Below, piece after piece: positions 7,958 through 19,000 of a stretch of 64,000 nucleotides of DNA. The stretch is from positions 3,520,001 to 3,584,000 of the forward strand of contig OY761611.1 in assembly GCA_963664875.1 (NCBI GenBank). Reading direction: 5' to 3'. The notes beneath the pieces were generated by a model. That model did no database searches. It was given only the letters and a program-made list of their open reading frames with translations, and had not been told where the DNA came from. Within the stretch, counting starts at the first letter, position 1. The number at the start of each line of letters is the position of its first letter. The DNA is from Candidatus Kapaibacterium sp. (GTDB taxonomy: Bacteria; Bacteroidota; Ignavibacteria; Kapaibacteriales; UBA2268). Position numbers and translations under genes: made by a program.

Positions 7958-10900
7958 CTAACCCTCACTCTCAATAATACTTATCTCATCATCAGTCAAA
8001 TCATATAACTTATATACCAGCCTGTCTATTTCTGCCTCCGCTTCGCTTGTGTCTGCTTTTGCGTCCGCTTTCTTGGCTGCCAGTATTTCGTTTACAAGGG
8101 ATATAAATGGTTTTTCTTCTTCTTCCGATGGAGGCTTAACTGGTATTTCTTGGAATATTACTTTCCTAAGTTCTTTGCTGTTCCCCTGCAATTCAGGGAA
8201 ATTATCAGTAAAACAAAATTTAAATAGTTTAGAATTCAAAAAGCCTGTAAGATATTCAATTTTTTGCCCAACCATCATAAAGACTTTATCGTTGAAAAAG
8301 AAATTATCTCTATCAAAAACAAATGGAAGAAATTTTGTGATTACAGGATATATAATTTTAGGTTTCAAAAATGATTCATAATAGGCTATTGTGTCTTGTA
8401 GCTCAAACCATTGATTCGTAGTTTTTTTGCGACTGCCTTTTTTACCTGACTGCTCCAATCTTTCTCGACCAAAGCTTTCTAAATGAGACTTAATTGCAGT
8501 GTACTTATCAATATCAAGTTTTAAAGCAGGAGCAGTAAAAATCAACCACAAATCTGGATCATCTATTCCATATCTTTTTATATCTCTTCCTCTAAGTAGA
8601 GGTTTTATAATTTCGGCACTTTTAGGATCTTTTGCAATAAGTTCATCCTTTTTCTTTCCATCGATTATAAATGCATCGTTATATCCTGTAAGTATCCCTC
8701 TATAAATTTCAATATCCCAATCTTTTAATTTGATACCTTGGGCTTCTACTTTTTGTTTGATTTGATATTTTACTTTATTGGCAATAACCCAAGATTCGTC
8801 TGTCAGATCTTTAAGAATGATATGATTACTGTCAAAGTATTTTTCTATTTCCTTTGCTTCTTCCTGTTGAGCTCTGATAATTCTGAGAGCTTCAACTTTA
8901 TTATCAAAACTCTTATTGGAAAAGAAAGTAACTGTAGTCAAAACAGTTGCACTATCAAAGATATGGCAATCAGAAAAATCAATTACTTTGTGTATGTTTA
9001 CATCTTCAATAAAAAACTTTCTGAGAGATTTTCCATAATTAGTTCTGAGCCATGCACTTCCCGTAATGAAGCCCTGGTTTCCCTGAGCTTTCAAGATATT
9101 TGCAGCAAGCTCATAAAATAGCACATACATATCACCTGTTTGAGCATAAGTTTTATATCTGTCTTTAAGAAATACAGTTCGGTTATTCAAAGTCTGCAAC
9201 TGAATATACGGCGGATTACCAATAACGGCATCAAAGCCAATGAAGTTACCATCTTCATCCAGCACCTCAGGGAACTCAAAACGCCACTCAAAGGCATTTG
9301 AGTATAGAGTTTTTTGCTTTTCGTCGTACTGCTTGCTTAGCTCAGTGAGTTCATGCATCATTTTGTCATGTTCTTTTTTCCAGTCATCGTAGTAAAAGCT
9401 TTTCTTTGTAGAATCTTGATGAGTATCAATATCTGATCGTAAATTCTTCTTCTTTATGTAGATGTCATCACTTGGATTCGCAAGCATAGAAAACTGATTT
9501 TTGAGGAAATCAATATCCTTTCGTGCCTTCTGCCTAACAGCTTTTTCCGAAGTAGTTTTATAAATCAGCACCTGCTGTTTATATTTATTAGTAATACTTC
9601 GGAAAGTATTCCTTTGTCCGGCACTAACCTGACTTTGCTTATCGTGCAAATCAAAACGGCTCACAAGCGAATTGCCGCACTTAATATTAATATCAATGTT
9701 AGGAAGAGTTTCAAGCTGAGTGTAGTTTGAATCTGCAGTGTAGTAAGTATTTTTAAGCAGTTCAATCCACAGACGCAGACGGCAGATATTCACAGAGTTA
9801 GGGTTAATATCCACACCAAAGAGGCAATTTTCGATTATTGTCTGCTTCTCATGGAAAAGAGTTTCCTGTAGTAGCTGCTGATTATCAGTATTTATGGGAT
9901 TACCTTTAGCATTTATCTTATATTCAAAGATGTCTTCGTTGCTATCGGTAACCACCAGCTCATCATTTTGAATTTCAATTTTATACTCCTTAACTTTCTT
10001 TTCTGTGCCATGATAGCAAAGCACACCAAGCTCAGATTTGAGAGCAATTATCTCATTTAGAGCAGAAACCAAAAAGTGTCCCGAACCCACAGCAGGATCA
10101 CAAACTTTTATACTATTTATTATAGCATTGGCTTCCGAAATATCATCTATCTTATTATATAGCTTGTCTATATTATCACATTCCCAGCCCTTAACATCTT
10201 TAAACTTCTGCAGCACAGCACGACGAATAGTTTCCCGGCAGATATACATAGTAATATATCCGGGAGTAAAGAAAGAACCCTCTTTATAGCCATTGATTTT
10301 TTCAAAGATTAGACCCAAAACAGAAGCATTGATAAGGCTCTTTTTATCTTCCTTAACATCTTCAGCACCTTCGGATGAAAAATCATAAGCATCAAGAAAC
10401 TTAAATAGATATTCCAAAATAGGCATTTCACCGGAAAGGCGTTTGCCTTGCTCATCTTTCAGCACAGTTTGGCTGTAAAGACTCAAGCGGTATCTGTCTC
10501 GCAGGCTATTGATGCGAATAGACTTACTCTCAATCTCACTTATTTCAAACAAGGAACTATTTAGATAAGGTAATTGTTTGAAAGGACTACGAATGTCATC
10601 GTCACGTTCAGTTATTGTTTTAGCCAGCACACCAAAGAAAAGCTCATTTAGATCATCAAATTCCTTGATAATATTGTGGTCTAAGAACCTAAACGATTTA
10701 TTATAGTCATGATACGACAAAAGCTGAGCTTCGAGCAACTTTAGAAACAGAATACGGTTAATCCAGGTAATATTCAGCTCGAGAGCGATATTAAAGAGCT
10801 GGTCTTCTTTAGTTTCTCCAAAATCTCCAACATTGGCTATATTATTGAGAATGTCTTCAGTTTTGAGATTCTTAATAGTATTTTCAATAAGCGAACCATT

Positions 10901-11722
10901 GCTACGCTTACTTTCCTGCACTCTGCTAATTAGCTTTTTGCCGCCATCGGAAACCTCTTCTAACCCTATAATATGTAACAGCTCAAAGTAAAACTGCTTA
11001 TTGAGGGAATTTGAGTCATTTGCAAAAGCCTCTTTGATAAGAGTAGGAGGCGAAAATAGCTTGAAAAGAGCAATAAGTTTTTTACTATTCTCTATAGTGA
11101 GCTCATTCTGATATTCTCTAATATTAAAGTAAGTGCAGTTAAGCTCTTTATCAGAAGCCTCAATAAACGGTTTGGCTATGTTATTATAAAATACCTCTGT
11201 ACTTAGACTTTTGTCGCTGTTCCATTTATTAAACTCAGTTTTCAGCTTAGTTTTATAAAATGCCACATCAAACTCGTGTGCATCAAAAACAAAAAACTCG
11301 TGCAGATTAGTAACAACAATATTTTTAACCTCATAGTTGTTCTTCTCGATTCTCTCTCTGAAATAGTAAAGAATAGCTTCGTGCAGAGCTTTTTTGTTAA
11401 AGTCCGTCTGAGACATCATTTCAGTCTTGTTATTCGGATGCTTTACTTCAAGAATCACCCCAACATTAGCTTGGTCATTTTTACCCAGATAAATAGCAAG
11501 ATCCGCTCTACCGGAAGTATTGATTTCAAAATCCTGATAGAAAGTATTTTTCAGAAAATCCCGAAGCACCAGTTTGAGATGTTCTTCAGTTTCATTGAGG
11601 TTAATATTATCAAGGTAAGTACTAAGCAGAGATTTGAAATTATCAAACTCATTTTTAGCAATACTCACCTTACGATAAGCTTTATTCAGAGCCTTAACAG
11701 GAGCAGTTACAAGTAGTTTCAT
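7958..11722 (-). CDS. Type IIG restriction-modification enzyme (fused endonuclease / N6-adenine methyltransferase / TaqI-C-like specificity domain)
   Basis: N-terminal PD-(D/E)xK-like RADLAIYL...ILEVK; FFTP; motif I DPAVGSGHFL; motif IV GNPPY; C-terminal TRD with EIDRLVYKLYDLT. Probable start is MKLLVTAP at 11722. Confidence 0.9.
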   Translation of the reverse strand: MKLLVTAPVKALNKAYRKVSIAKNEFDNFKSLLSTYLDNINLNETEEHLKLVLRDFLKNTFYQDFEINTSGRADLAIYLGKNDQANVGVILEVKHPNNKTEMMSQTDFNKKALHEAILYYFRERIEKNNYEVKNIVVTNLHEFFVFDAHEFDVAFYKTKLKTEFNKWNSDKSLSTEVFYNNIAKPFIEASDKELNCTYFNIREYQNELTIENSKKLIALFKLFSPPTLIKEAFANDSNSLNKQFYFELLHIIGLEEVSDGGKKLISRVQESKRSNGSLIENTIKNLKTEDILNNIANVGDFGETKEDQLFNIALELNITWINRILFLKLLEAQLLSYHDYNKSFRFLDHNIIKEFDDLNELFFGVLAKTITERDDDIRSPFKQLPYLNSSLFEISEIESKSIRINSLRDRYRLSLYSQTVLKDEQGKRLSGEMPILEYLFKFLDAYDFSSEGAEDVKEDKKSLINASVLGLIFEKINGYKEGSFFTPGYITMYICRETIRRAVLQKFKDVKGWECDNIDKLYNKIDDISEANAIINSIKVCDPAVGSGHFLVSALNEIIALKSELGVLCYHGTEKKVKEYKIEIQNDELVVTDSNEDIFEYKINAKGNPINTDNQQLLQETLFHEKQTIIENCLFGVDINPNSVNICRLRLWIELLKNTYYTADSNYTQLETLPNIDINIKCGNSLVSRFDLHDKQSQVSAGQRNTFRSITNKYKQQVLIYKTTSEKAVRQKARKDIDFLKNQFSMLANPSDDIYIKKKNLRSDIDTHQDSTKKSFYYDDWKKEHDKMMHELTELSKQYDEKQKTLYSNAFEWRFEFPEVLDEDGNFIGFDAVIGNPPYIQLQTLNNRTVFLKDRYKTYAQTGDMYVLFYELAANILKAQGNQGFITGSAWLRTNYGKSLRKFFIEDVNIHKVIDFSDCHIFDSATVLTTVTFFSNKSFDNKVEALRIIRAQQEEAKEIEKYFDSNHIILKDLTDESWVIANKVKYQIKQKVEAQGIKLKDWDIEIYRGILTGYNDAFIIDGKKKDELIAKDPKSAEIIKPLLRGRDIKRYGIDDPDLWLIFTAPALKLDIDKYTAIKSHLESFGRERLEQSGKKGSRKKTTNQWFELQDTIAYYESFLKPKIIYPVITKFLPFVFDRDNFFFNDKVFMMVGQKIEYLTGFLNSKLFKFCFTDNFPELQGNSKELRKVIFQEIPVKPPSEEEEKPFISLVNEILAAKKADAKADTSEAEAEIDRLVYKLYDLTDDEISIIESEG

Positions 11723-12012
11723 AAAGTATATAGGGAGAAAGAATTCAAATAAAATCCACACTTTGGATATACAATAAGTTAGCAAATATTTAAGAAAAAG
11801 AATAAAGAAATATTCTATCTGAAAAGAAAATTGTAGAAATGCAAAAACAGAATCAAAAGGACTGACTTGATATAAATAAATTGGGTAATAATTCTTTATT
11901 TCAGCAAAAATTCGGCAGTTTAAATTAGACTAAATCAATTTATAGACAACGTATCATAAAAATATTAGCATAAGTTCAAATGCTATAAAAAAAACTTTAT
12001 GCAAAAAAAGGC

Positions 12013-12043
12013 TTTGCAAATAACTTTAAATCATATAACTTTG
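12013..12043 (+). promoter_or_regulatory. Bacteroidota-type primary sigma promoter upstream of the RHS locus
   Basis: TTTG(CA) ... TAACTTTG matches the -33 TTTG / -7 TAnnTTTG consensus. Confidence 0.5.
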
Positions 12044-12520
12044 TATAGTTCATAGAATAAATGTTGAAATATAATATAAATTACATTGCTGCATAGCAAT
12101 AAATATTTCCTTAATATAAAGCAGAAAAAGTCTCTGGAGGTGCATGGGATGGAAGGATAAGTCATTACATTAAGGAATGAATCAGTTATGCAATGCTTAA
12201 ACAAATTTGATTTAAAAGACCTTGTTCTTGTGAAAGCTATTAGAACTATTAAAATTTTCGGTATAATGCTTTTTTTATTTTCATAAGAGAAGTGCCTTGA
12301 TAGAAATTTGCTTCTTGATATTAATTATTTAATTCTGATTTGAAGATTCAATATAATTTTAGATACTTAAAGCCATTGTTTGAAGAGGTATAAACGAAAG
12401 TTAAAATTTATCAGAATTGCTAATCATAGCTGCACTTAAATGCCATTATTGCTCTGCAAAATATCCTCGATATTTATTGCATTCTTTCCTTTATTGAAGT
12501 TCAAAATATTAGAGATTTTA

Positions 12521-15500
12521 ATGAAAACGATAAAACCAATCATTTGGCTTTTTTTACTGGGAAATATGTATCTTTTTGCAGATTATCCCACAGCTGAAGT
12601 AAATTACGATGCCCCTATTCGGATTATCTCGGAAGATGTGCGTGAACTTGGGAATCCTGTCGGTTCTATTGAGGGGATTGCAGATGTTAATTTAGTAGGC
12701 AATTCAACGTATTCTATACCAATACTAACACCAAAAGGCAGAAAGTCTTTAGAACCATCACTATCAGTTGTTTATTCAAGTGGTGGGGCTAACAGTATTT
12801 TAGGGTTCGGTTGGTCTTTGAGTGGATTGTCCTCTATAAGTAGGGTTCCAAGTAATAAACTTATTGATGGAGTGAATGATAAAATAGATTTTAGTATTGA
12901 TGGTAATTTATCTCTAGATGGAATAAGGATGGTCAAAATTTCTGATTCCCCTTATACTTGGGCTCCAATCAATAATAATAACTCAAGGCTAACTTGTTCT
13001 ACTGATGCAAATGGTAATATTCAGACTTTATATTTGCAAACTAAAGATGGCAAAATCATTGAATATGGCGGAAACGAAAACTCCAGATTAAAAAAAGATG
13101 GCATTATATTGTCTTGGAATATCTCAAAAATCTCTGACATTTATGGAAATTTTATTGAATATTACTATGGTAGAACTGATGGCACCACTAATCAGAAAGG
13201 ATTAGAGGTGTGGATTGAAAAAATTGAATACACAGGAAACTCTCAAACAAATGATGCACCTTTTGCACAAATAGTATTTGACTATAGTATTAGAGAAGAT
13301 AAAACATGCGCATTTTCTGCTGGGATTATGTTGCAGTCTTCACTGCTTCTTGATAAGATTTACGTACAAATGAAAGACGAAGAATCAGGAGTATTCACTA
13401 ACATTAGAAGTTATAAGTTTAACTATATTAAGAATCATTCCTCGCAATTAGTGGAGGCAGTGGAATATGGGAAAAATGAAAATGAAGCTTATAACTCGAC
13501 GGTATTTGAGTACAATTATGATGTAACTCTTGCTGAAGGCAATTCGTTAGATATAATGGTTCATAATGTAAAAGATTTTAATAATACTATGACGAATAGT
13601 AATCTTGTTTATACAGCGACTGGTTCGTCAGTAATACTCAATGAAAATCAAACTTATTATTTTGGAGACTTCAATAATGATGGTATCCAAGACAGAATTA
13701 TTGTTCAATATAATTATGCTAGGATAGACAATATTAATAGATCTAGATGGTTTCTTCAATTTGGCAGATATGTTGATTTGGGAGATGAAACAATTGTTAA
13801 GTATAAGAGTGTTTTAAATAAGTGTGAATTATTCACCTCTGTAGATCAAGAAACATTTGTAACTCATTTATTGCGTAACAAAGTATCAATTATTGATATC
13901 AATAATGATGGTTATTTAGATATCCTCATTCCATATCTTAAAAACACACAAACTGACGACATAGAAAATTGGATGGCAGGTCCAGAGGAAGACTTAAATC
14001 CAATTAATATGTTGTATGATGAATTGCATCTTGAAGTTCACTTGAATTCATTTGGAACTTTCCCAGAAGAAAATTCGATGACATATGTAATAAATGATGA
14101 TCGACTCAAACAAGATGGTGATGACGCCGATTTTGCGTTCACTAATGAAGAATTTCATTTCGGAGATTTCGACGCGGACGGGATGATTGAAATACTTTTG
14201 AAAGCGGAAACTTGGGATTATTATGATGGATTCATCACTAGTTTTGCAAGGAATTCTAACAATGGAGCAAATGATTATGGATTTCTTTGGTATTTAGATT
14301 TAGTTAGTTCTGTAGGAACATTACCAACTGATGATCATGCATTTTCCATAACCTGCAACGGATCTAATTCGGGTAATGGTCTATCTCCTTTTGTAACACA
14401 TGATGATGAAAACTTTAATGTAATTGTTGCAGACTTCAACTCAGATAGCAGATCAGATTTTATGGTAGTAACCGATTTTATTAATTCACTTGGACATTCA
14501 GAAACAGTTTATACATTATTGAATGAACTTGAAGTTTTATTCGAGTTTAGTGACATTCTACGAAGTACGGATATTGAGTCGGGAGACAAAAAACATTGCT
14601 ACCAAGGGGATTTTAACGGAGATGGTTTATTTGACTTACTTTATCAAAAAAATACAAATTATGAAGGTGAAGAAAATATCTCTCCTTGGTGTATACGATT
14701 TTGGAAAGGAAACGAGTTTTCACCTGAAATAATAGTTTCAGAATTAGAAAATATAAATTGGGGAATACCATATCAGGGAAGGCATCTAATAGTAGGAGAT
14801 TTCAATTTTGATGGCAGGAGCGATGTCTTGACTTATCTAAATACGTATTGTAGAGATATAGTTGTGGATGAATATACTATAAGGACAAGAGGAGGAGATA
14901 TCTTTGAAGGATCCACCACATATACTGACACCTGTAATAATATCGATCCGTACTATTATGACAGTAACTTTGATGATCCAAGTAATCCATCTACAAAAAA
15001 AGTGATTGATGGAAATTCGTATGAAATAATATCACAATCAAATGTGAGTTCAAGCATTGAATATAAGCTACATATAGTAAATTCTTCATATTACGATATT
15101 GATGGAAATCCTGACATCAATTGGAATACATATTCTTACAGTACTGGATTGTTACCATATGACCAAGATAATCCATACGATTTAACTCTTAGTTTTCTTC
15201 AAATGAATGCTATTCCGGAAATTTCATCAGTCACTACTGAAGCTAAAAATTTTAGTTTTAGTAGTTTGAAATCTATGGATATAACAGGTCACGGTTTGAT
15301 ATCGTTGCACAATTGTAAAATCAAAAACTATCTATTATCCTTCAATATAAGCAATAGTTCATCTTTTTTATCTAAGGTTTACGATGGTTTCGGGAATTCG
15401 ACTGAATTTACTTATCAAACTTTGTCACAAACTAATGATCCTGATTTAGAGACCCCTGCTTATTCAGTAAATGAATTCAGATCAGGTAGTTACCATAATA

Positions 15501-16009
15501 TTTCAGGTGGGATAAAGATTGTATCAGAAATGCTTCAAAAAAACTCTTCTGGAAGTTGGTACAATAAAATGGTTTATAATTATCAGGACGGAATTATTAA
15601 TAGAGATAAGGGATTTATAGGCTTTTTAGAGCTTAAACGTAATCAGAAGGATTACAATTTAGGAGACAAGAGTGTAATTACTAAGAACGCAATACGTCAT
15701 AATATAGCAGAGTTATACCCTGAAATTACAGAAAAATACTCTGGTGATTCTTTTATTTCAGAAACATATAAAGACTGTAGAAGTACCGATTTAGGTAATG
15801 GTAGATATTTTTTATATGATTATCAAGTGATTACTACAAATCAGTTAGATGGATCAAGAAACCATAAAATTACAGAATTTGATAATGATCAGAATCTTAC
15901 GCGAGAAAAGGAATTCTTAGAATTTGAGGGGCAAACCATCTACCAAACAGAAAAACTATTGACTACTCAACTCAAGAAATTGTTTGGTGTAAAACTCTCC
16001 CTCAAGTGA
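12521..16009 (+). CDS. N-terminal half of an SpvB/TcdB-like, FG-GAP/VCBS-repeat RHS toxin (frameshifted)
   Basis: Signal peptide MKTIKPIIWLFLLGNMYLFA; SpvB-like GNSTYSIPILTPKG...PSLSVVYSS...GFGWSLSGLSSISR; repeated GDFNxDGxxD motifs; TcdB-mid-like GFIGF. Joins the next ORF across an A5 run at 15951-15955. Confidence 0.85.
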   Translation: MKTIKPIIWLFLLGNMYLFADYPTAEVNYDAPIRIISEDVRELGNPVGSIEGIADVNLVGNSTYSIPILTPKGRKSLEPSLSVVYSSGGANSILGFGWSLSGLSSISRVPSNKLIDGVNDKIDFSIDGNLSLDGIRMVKISDSPYTWAPINNNNSRLTCSTDANGNIQTLYLQTKDGKIIEYGGNENSRLKKDGIILSWNISKISDIYGNFIEYYYGRTDGTTNQKGLEVWIEKIEYTGNSQTNDAPFAQIVFDYSIREDKTCAFSAGIMLQSSLLLDKIYVQMKDEESGVFTNIRSYKFNYIKNHSSQLVEAVEYGKNENEAYNSTVFEYNYDVTLAEGNSLDIMVHNVKDFNNTMTNSNLVYTATGSSVILNENQTYYFGDFNNDGIQDRIIVQYNYARIDNINRSRWFLQFGRYVDLGDETIVKYKSVLNKCELFTSVDQETFVTHLLRNKVSIIDINNDGYLDILIPYLKNTQTDDIENWMAGPEEDLNPINMLYDELHLEVHLNSFGTFPEENSMTYVINDDRLKQDGDDADFAFTNEEFHFGDFDADGMIEILLKAETWDYYDGFITSFARNSNNGANDYGFLWYLDLVSSVGTLPTDDHAFSITCNGSNSGNGLSPFVTHDDENFNVIVADFNSDSRSDFMVVTDFINSLGHSETVYTLLNELEVLFEFSDILRSTDIESGDKKHCYQGDFNGDGLFDLLYQKNTNYEGEENISPWCIRFWKGNEFSPEIIVSELENINWGIPYQGRHLIVGDFNFDGRSDVLTYLNTYCRDIVVDEYTIRTRGGDIFEGSTTYTDTCNNIDPYYYDSNFDDPSNPSTKKVIDGNSYEIISQSNVSSSIEYKLHIVNSSYYDIDGNPDINWNTYSYSTGLLPYDQDNPYDLTLSFLQMNAIPEISSVTTEAKNFSFSSLKSMDITGHGLISLHNCKIKNYLLSFNISNSSSFLSKVYDGFGNSTEFTYQTLSQTNDPDLETPAYSVNEFRSGSYHNISGGIKIVSEMLQKNSSGSWYNKMVYNYQDGIINRDKGFIGFLELKRNQKDYNLGDKSVITKNAIRHNIAELYPEITEKYSGDSFISETYKDCRSTDLGNGRYFLYDYQVITTNQLDGSRNHKITEFDNDQNLTREKEFLEFEGQTIYQTEKLLTTQLKKLFGVKLSLK

Positions 16010-19000
16010 TTAAGACTTCACAAAATCATGTAGATGATAATCTATATGGCAATAGTTTTTGGACTCATGTTGAATTTGATTATAAAGCCAATGGCGACGT
16101 AAAGAGTAGAACAAATATGATAAACAACTTAACTGCTGAGTTTAGTTATGATATTTACGGAAATCTTCAGCAATCACGTTCCTATTCTTTAACCAATCCA
16201 GACTTATATGAAAAAGTACAAAGAATGGGCTATGATAATTTTTCGCATAGATTTATTGCATTAGATACAAATTCTCTCGGTCAAATAAAGCAGTTTAAGT
16301 ACAATAATGAATTTGGCAAAGTAAAGGAAGAAATTGAATATAATGGATTCTCTACTTTGACGAATTATGATGATTTTGGTATTAAAACTGAAGAAATAGA
16401 TGAATATGGAAACAAAATTCTGTTTGTTTATGATTGGAATGATCAAAATGAAACTATAAATATCAAAGGAACTGACAAAGATTATGCCTTTACTCTAAAT
16501 AAGAAAAGTTTCTTGGCCAATGAAACCATAGCAGAAGCATTGATTACAAAAAGCTATTATACCTCCAACAATATGACTCTAAGAGAAGTACAAGAAATTT
16601 TTAAGTCAGACTATTCACTACCCAAATTAGTAACTATTGACAAAGTTTATTATATGAACTGGCAACTTCGATATGAGTCAGAACCATATTTGAGTACAGA
16701 GTCTCCTGATTTTTGGACTGAATATGATTATGAGCCTTTGAGTGGAAAAGTTAATAGTATTAGCAAAGCTAATGGAAATACTCAAAATACACTATACAAA
16801 TCTATCAACTATGACTTAGAAAATCTAATTTCTACAGAAAATAATCTTCAACAGGATGGAGTGCCTACAGGGTCGCTAGTTAAGGAATACAATGTCCACG
16901 GAGATTTAAAAAAATCTACAGATGAAGCTGGAAATGCGGTTACTTACAACTATTGGAATAGTGGATTACTAAAAAATGTTACTACTGTTGTACTCAATCA
17001 ATCTGGAGCACACTCTATCCAGTTAAATTACGATAATATTGGAAGACGTACACAAATGGTTGATCCTAATATTGGGACACTAAATTATGTGTATAATGAC
17101 CACGGTGACATCATCGAAGAATCAAATCCGAATGGTACTATTAAGACCTATTACGACGATTACGGTCGGAAAGATTCCGTAGAATATTATTTGCCTAATT
17201 CTGCTACTCCATATAACACCGTTTATCATTTGTATGTTCCAATTGACGAGAATGATGGAATTTATGGGGACGGTAAACTTGATTCTCTTTATGAAACTCA
17301 GTCGAACTTGCAGAAGAAATATGTTTATGACAATTATTGGCGTGTTTTGAGCGAAAAACAAAATATTGATACAGAAGCTTTTATACTCGAAAATGTTTTT
17401 GACAAATCCATTGGGAAATTGAAAAGAACAATCTTCAACCAAAAAGACACTATTACATATGCTTATGATAAAAAAGGTTTTATGGTTTCAAAAATTTTCA
17501 ATGGTACTAATAAAGACACTACTTTATGGACGTTGAAAGAAATCAATAGATTTGGACACGAAACTTTAGCTTCAATTGCTGATGTGATAGATTTAAGCTC
17601 TACTTACGACATTTATGGGCTTTTAACAGGAATTAAATATGCGAATTCAAGCAACCAGCTACAATACCAGAATCATGAGTATCTATTTGACCCTGCACGA
17701 CAAACACTTGCATATAGAAAAGATTTACTTGCTGACTTGCATGAGTCTTTTACATTTGGATCTCAAGGTGATAAATCTTTCTTACTCAAACGATTGACAG
17801 GATGGAATATATCTGACTTGTCCGGAAATTCTTGCGGCAATTTTGAAATGAATTATAACGATGATGGTACTATACGAAGTAAAGGACGGGTTGGATTTGA
17901 AAGTAACTACGTGTATTCTGAGACTACTAATGATGTTGAGCCTCTAGATGCAACTCCAACTACTCAATTTCCACAAGCGATTAAGAAATTATCAAGTAGT
18001 TACGAAAATTTGTTCCCATATACTATGACAAATACGATTTTTAATAGTGTAAAAACAATAGAAATGTGTGACAGGAATGCAGTATTTGATTATGGTTTTG
18101 ACTTACAACGATGTAAATATACATACTTTAAAAATGGAGTAAAACAATATACTAAGTATTACTTCCACAATATTGAAAAGACAGTTTTCGAAAATGGTGA
18201 TATAAAAAATACTGTTATAGGTAACAATTTTGCTATTATTACAGAAAATCAGGATAGAAATATTTACTATTTACTGAAAGATCACTTGGGTTCAGTAACT
18301 AAAATTTTAAATTCAGATTTTTCCATTGTTGGTGATTTTAATTATGACCCATGGGGTAGAATGAGAGAAAAAGATAATAACTTCGAGACTTTGAGTGTTT
18401 ATGACGTGCCTTCAGGTTTCGAACTAATAGGTCGTGGTTTCACCGGACACGAACATATACTCGAATTTGGTCTGATTAATATGAATGGTCGTGTTTATGA
18501 TCCTGCTCTTGGTCAATTCATTCAACCGGATAACTTTGTAACTATACCTGAGCGATCAAACTCCTATAACAGATTTATTTATGCTAATAATAATCCTCTT
18601 TCTTTTGTTGATAGCGACGGTGAATTTGTAACATTGACTACAATACTTATAACTGCAGCTATTTTTGGAGCTGGGAATGTTGCTGCCCAAGCTATTAGAC
18701 TGGATGGAAAAATTAATATTGGACAGATATTTTCCAGTTTTGTTCAAGGTGCAATAGTTGGAGGTGCAGTCGCATGTGGCTATTACGGCTTATATTATCT
18801 CAGTCCGACTCTTGCCTACATCACTGCTGGTGTTGCTTATGGACCTCAAGCTTTAACTTATGGTGTTGGTACTTTGTTTGGACTAACAAAAGGTCTATAT
18901 ACAGGAGATTATACAAATTTTTGGAATGCACAAAAAATATTGTTAGGTAACTTTTACATAGATGAAAATCAAAGTTATGGAATGGGGATTCTACAAGGAA

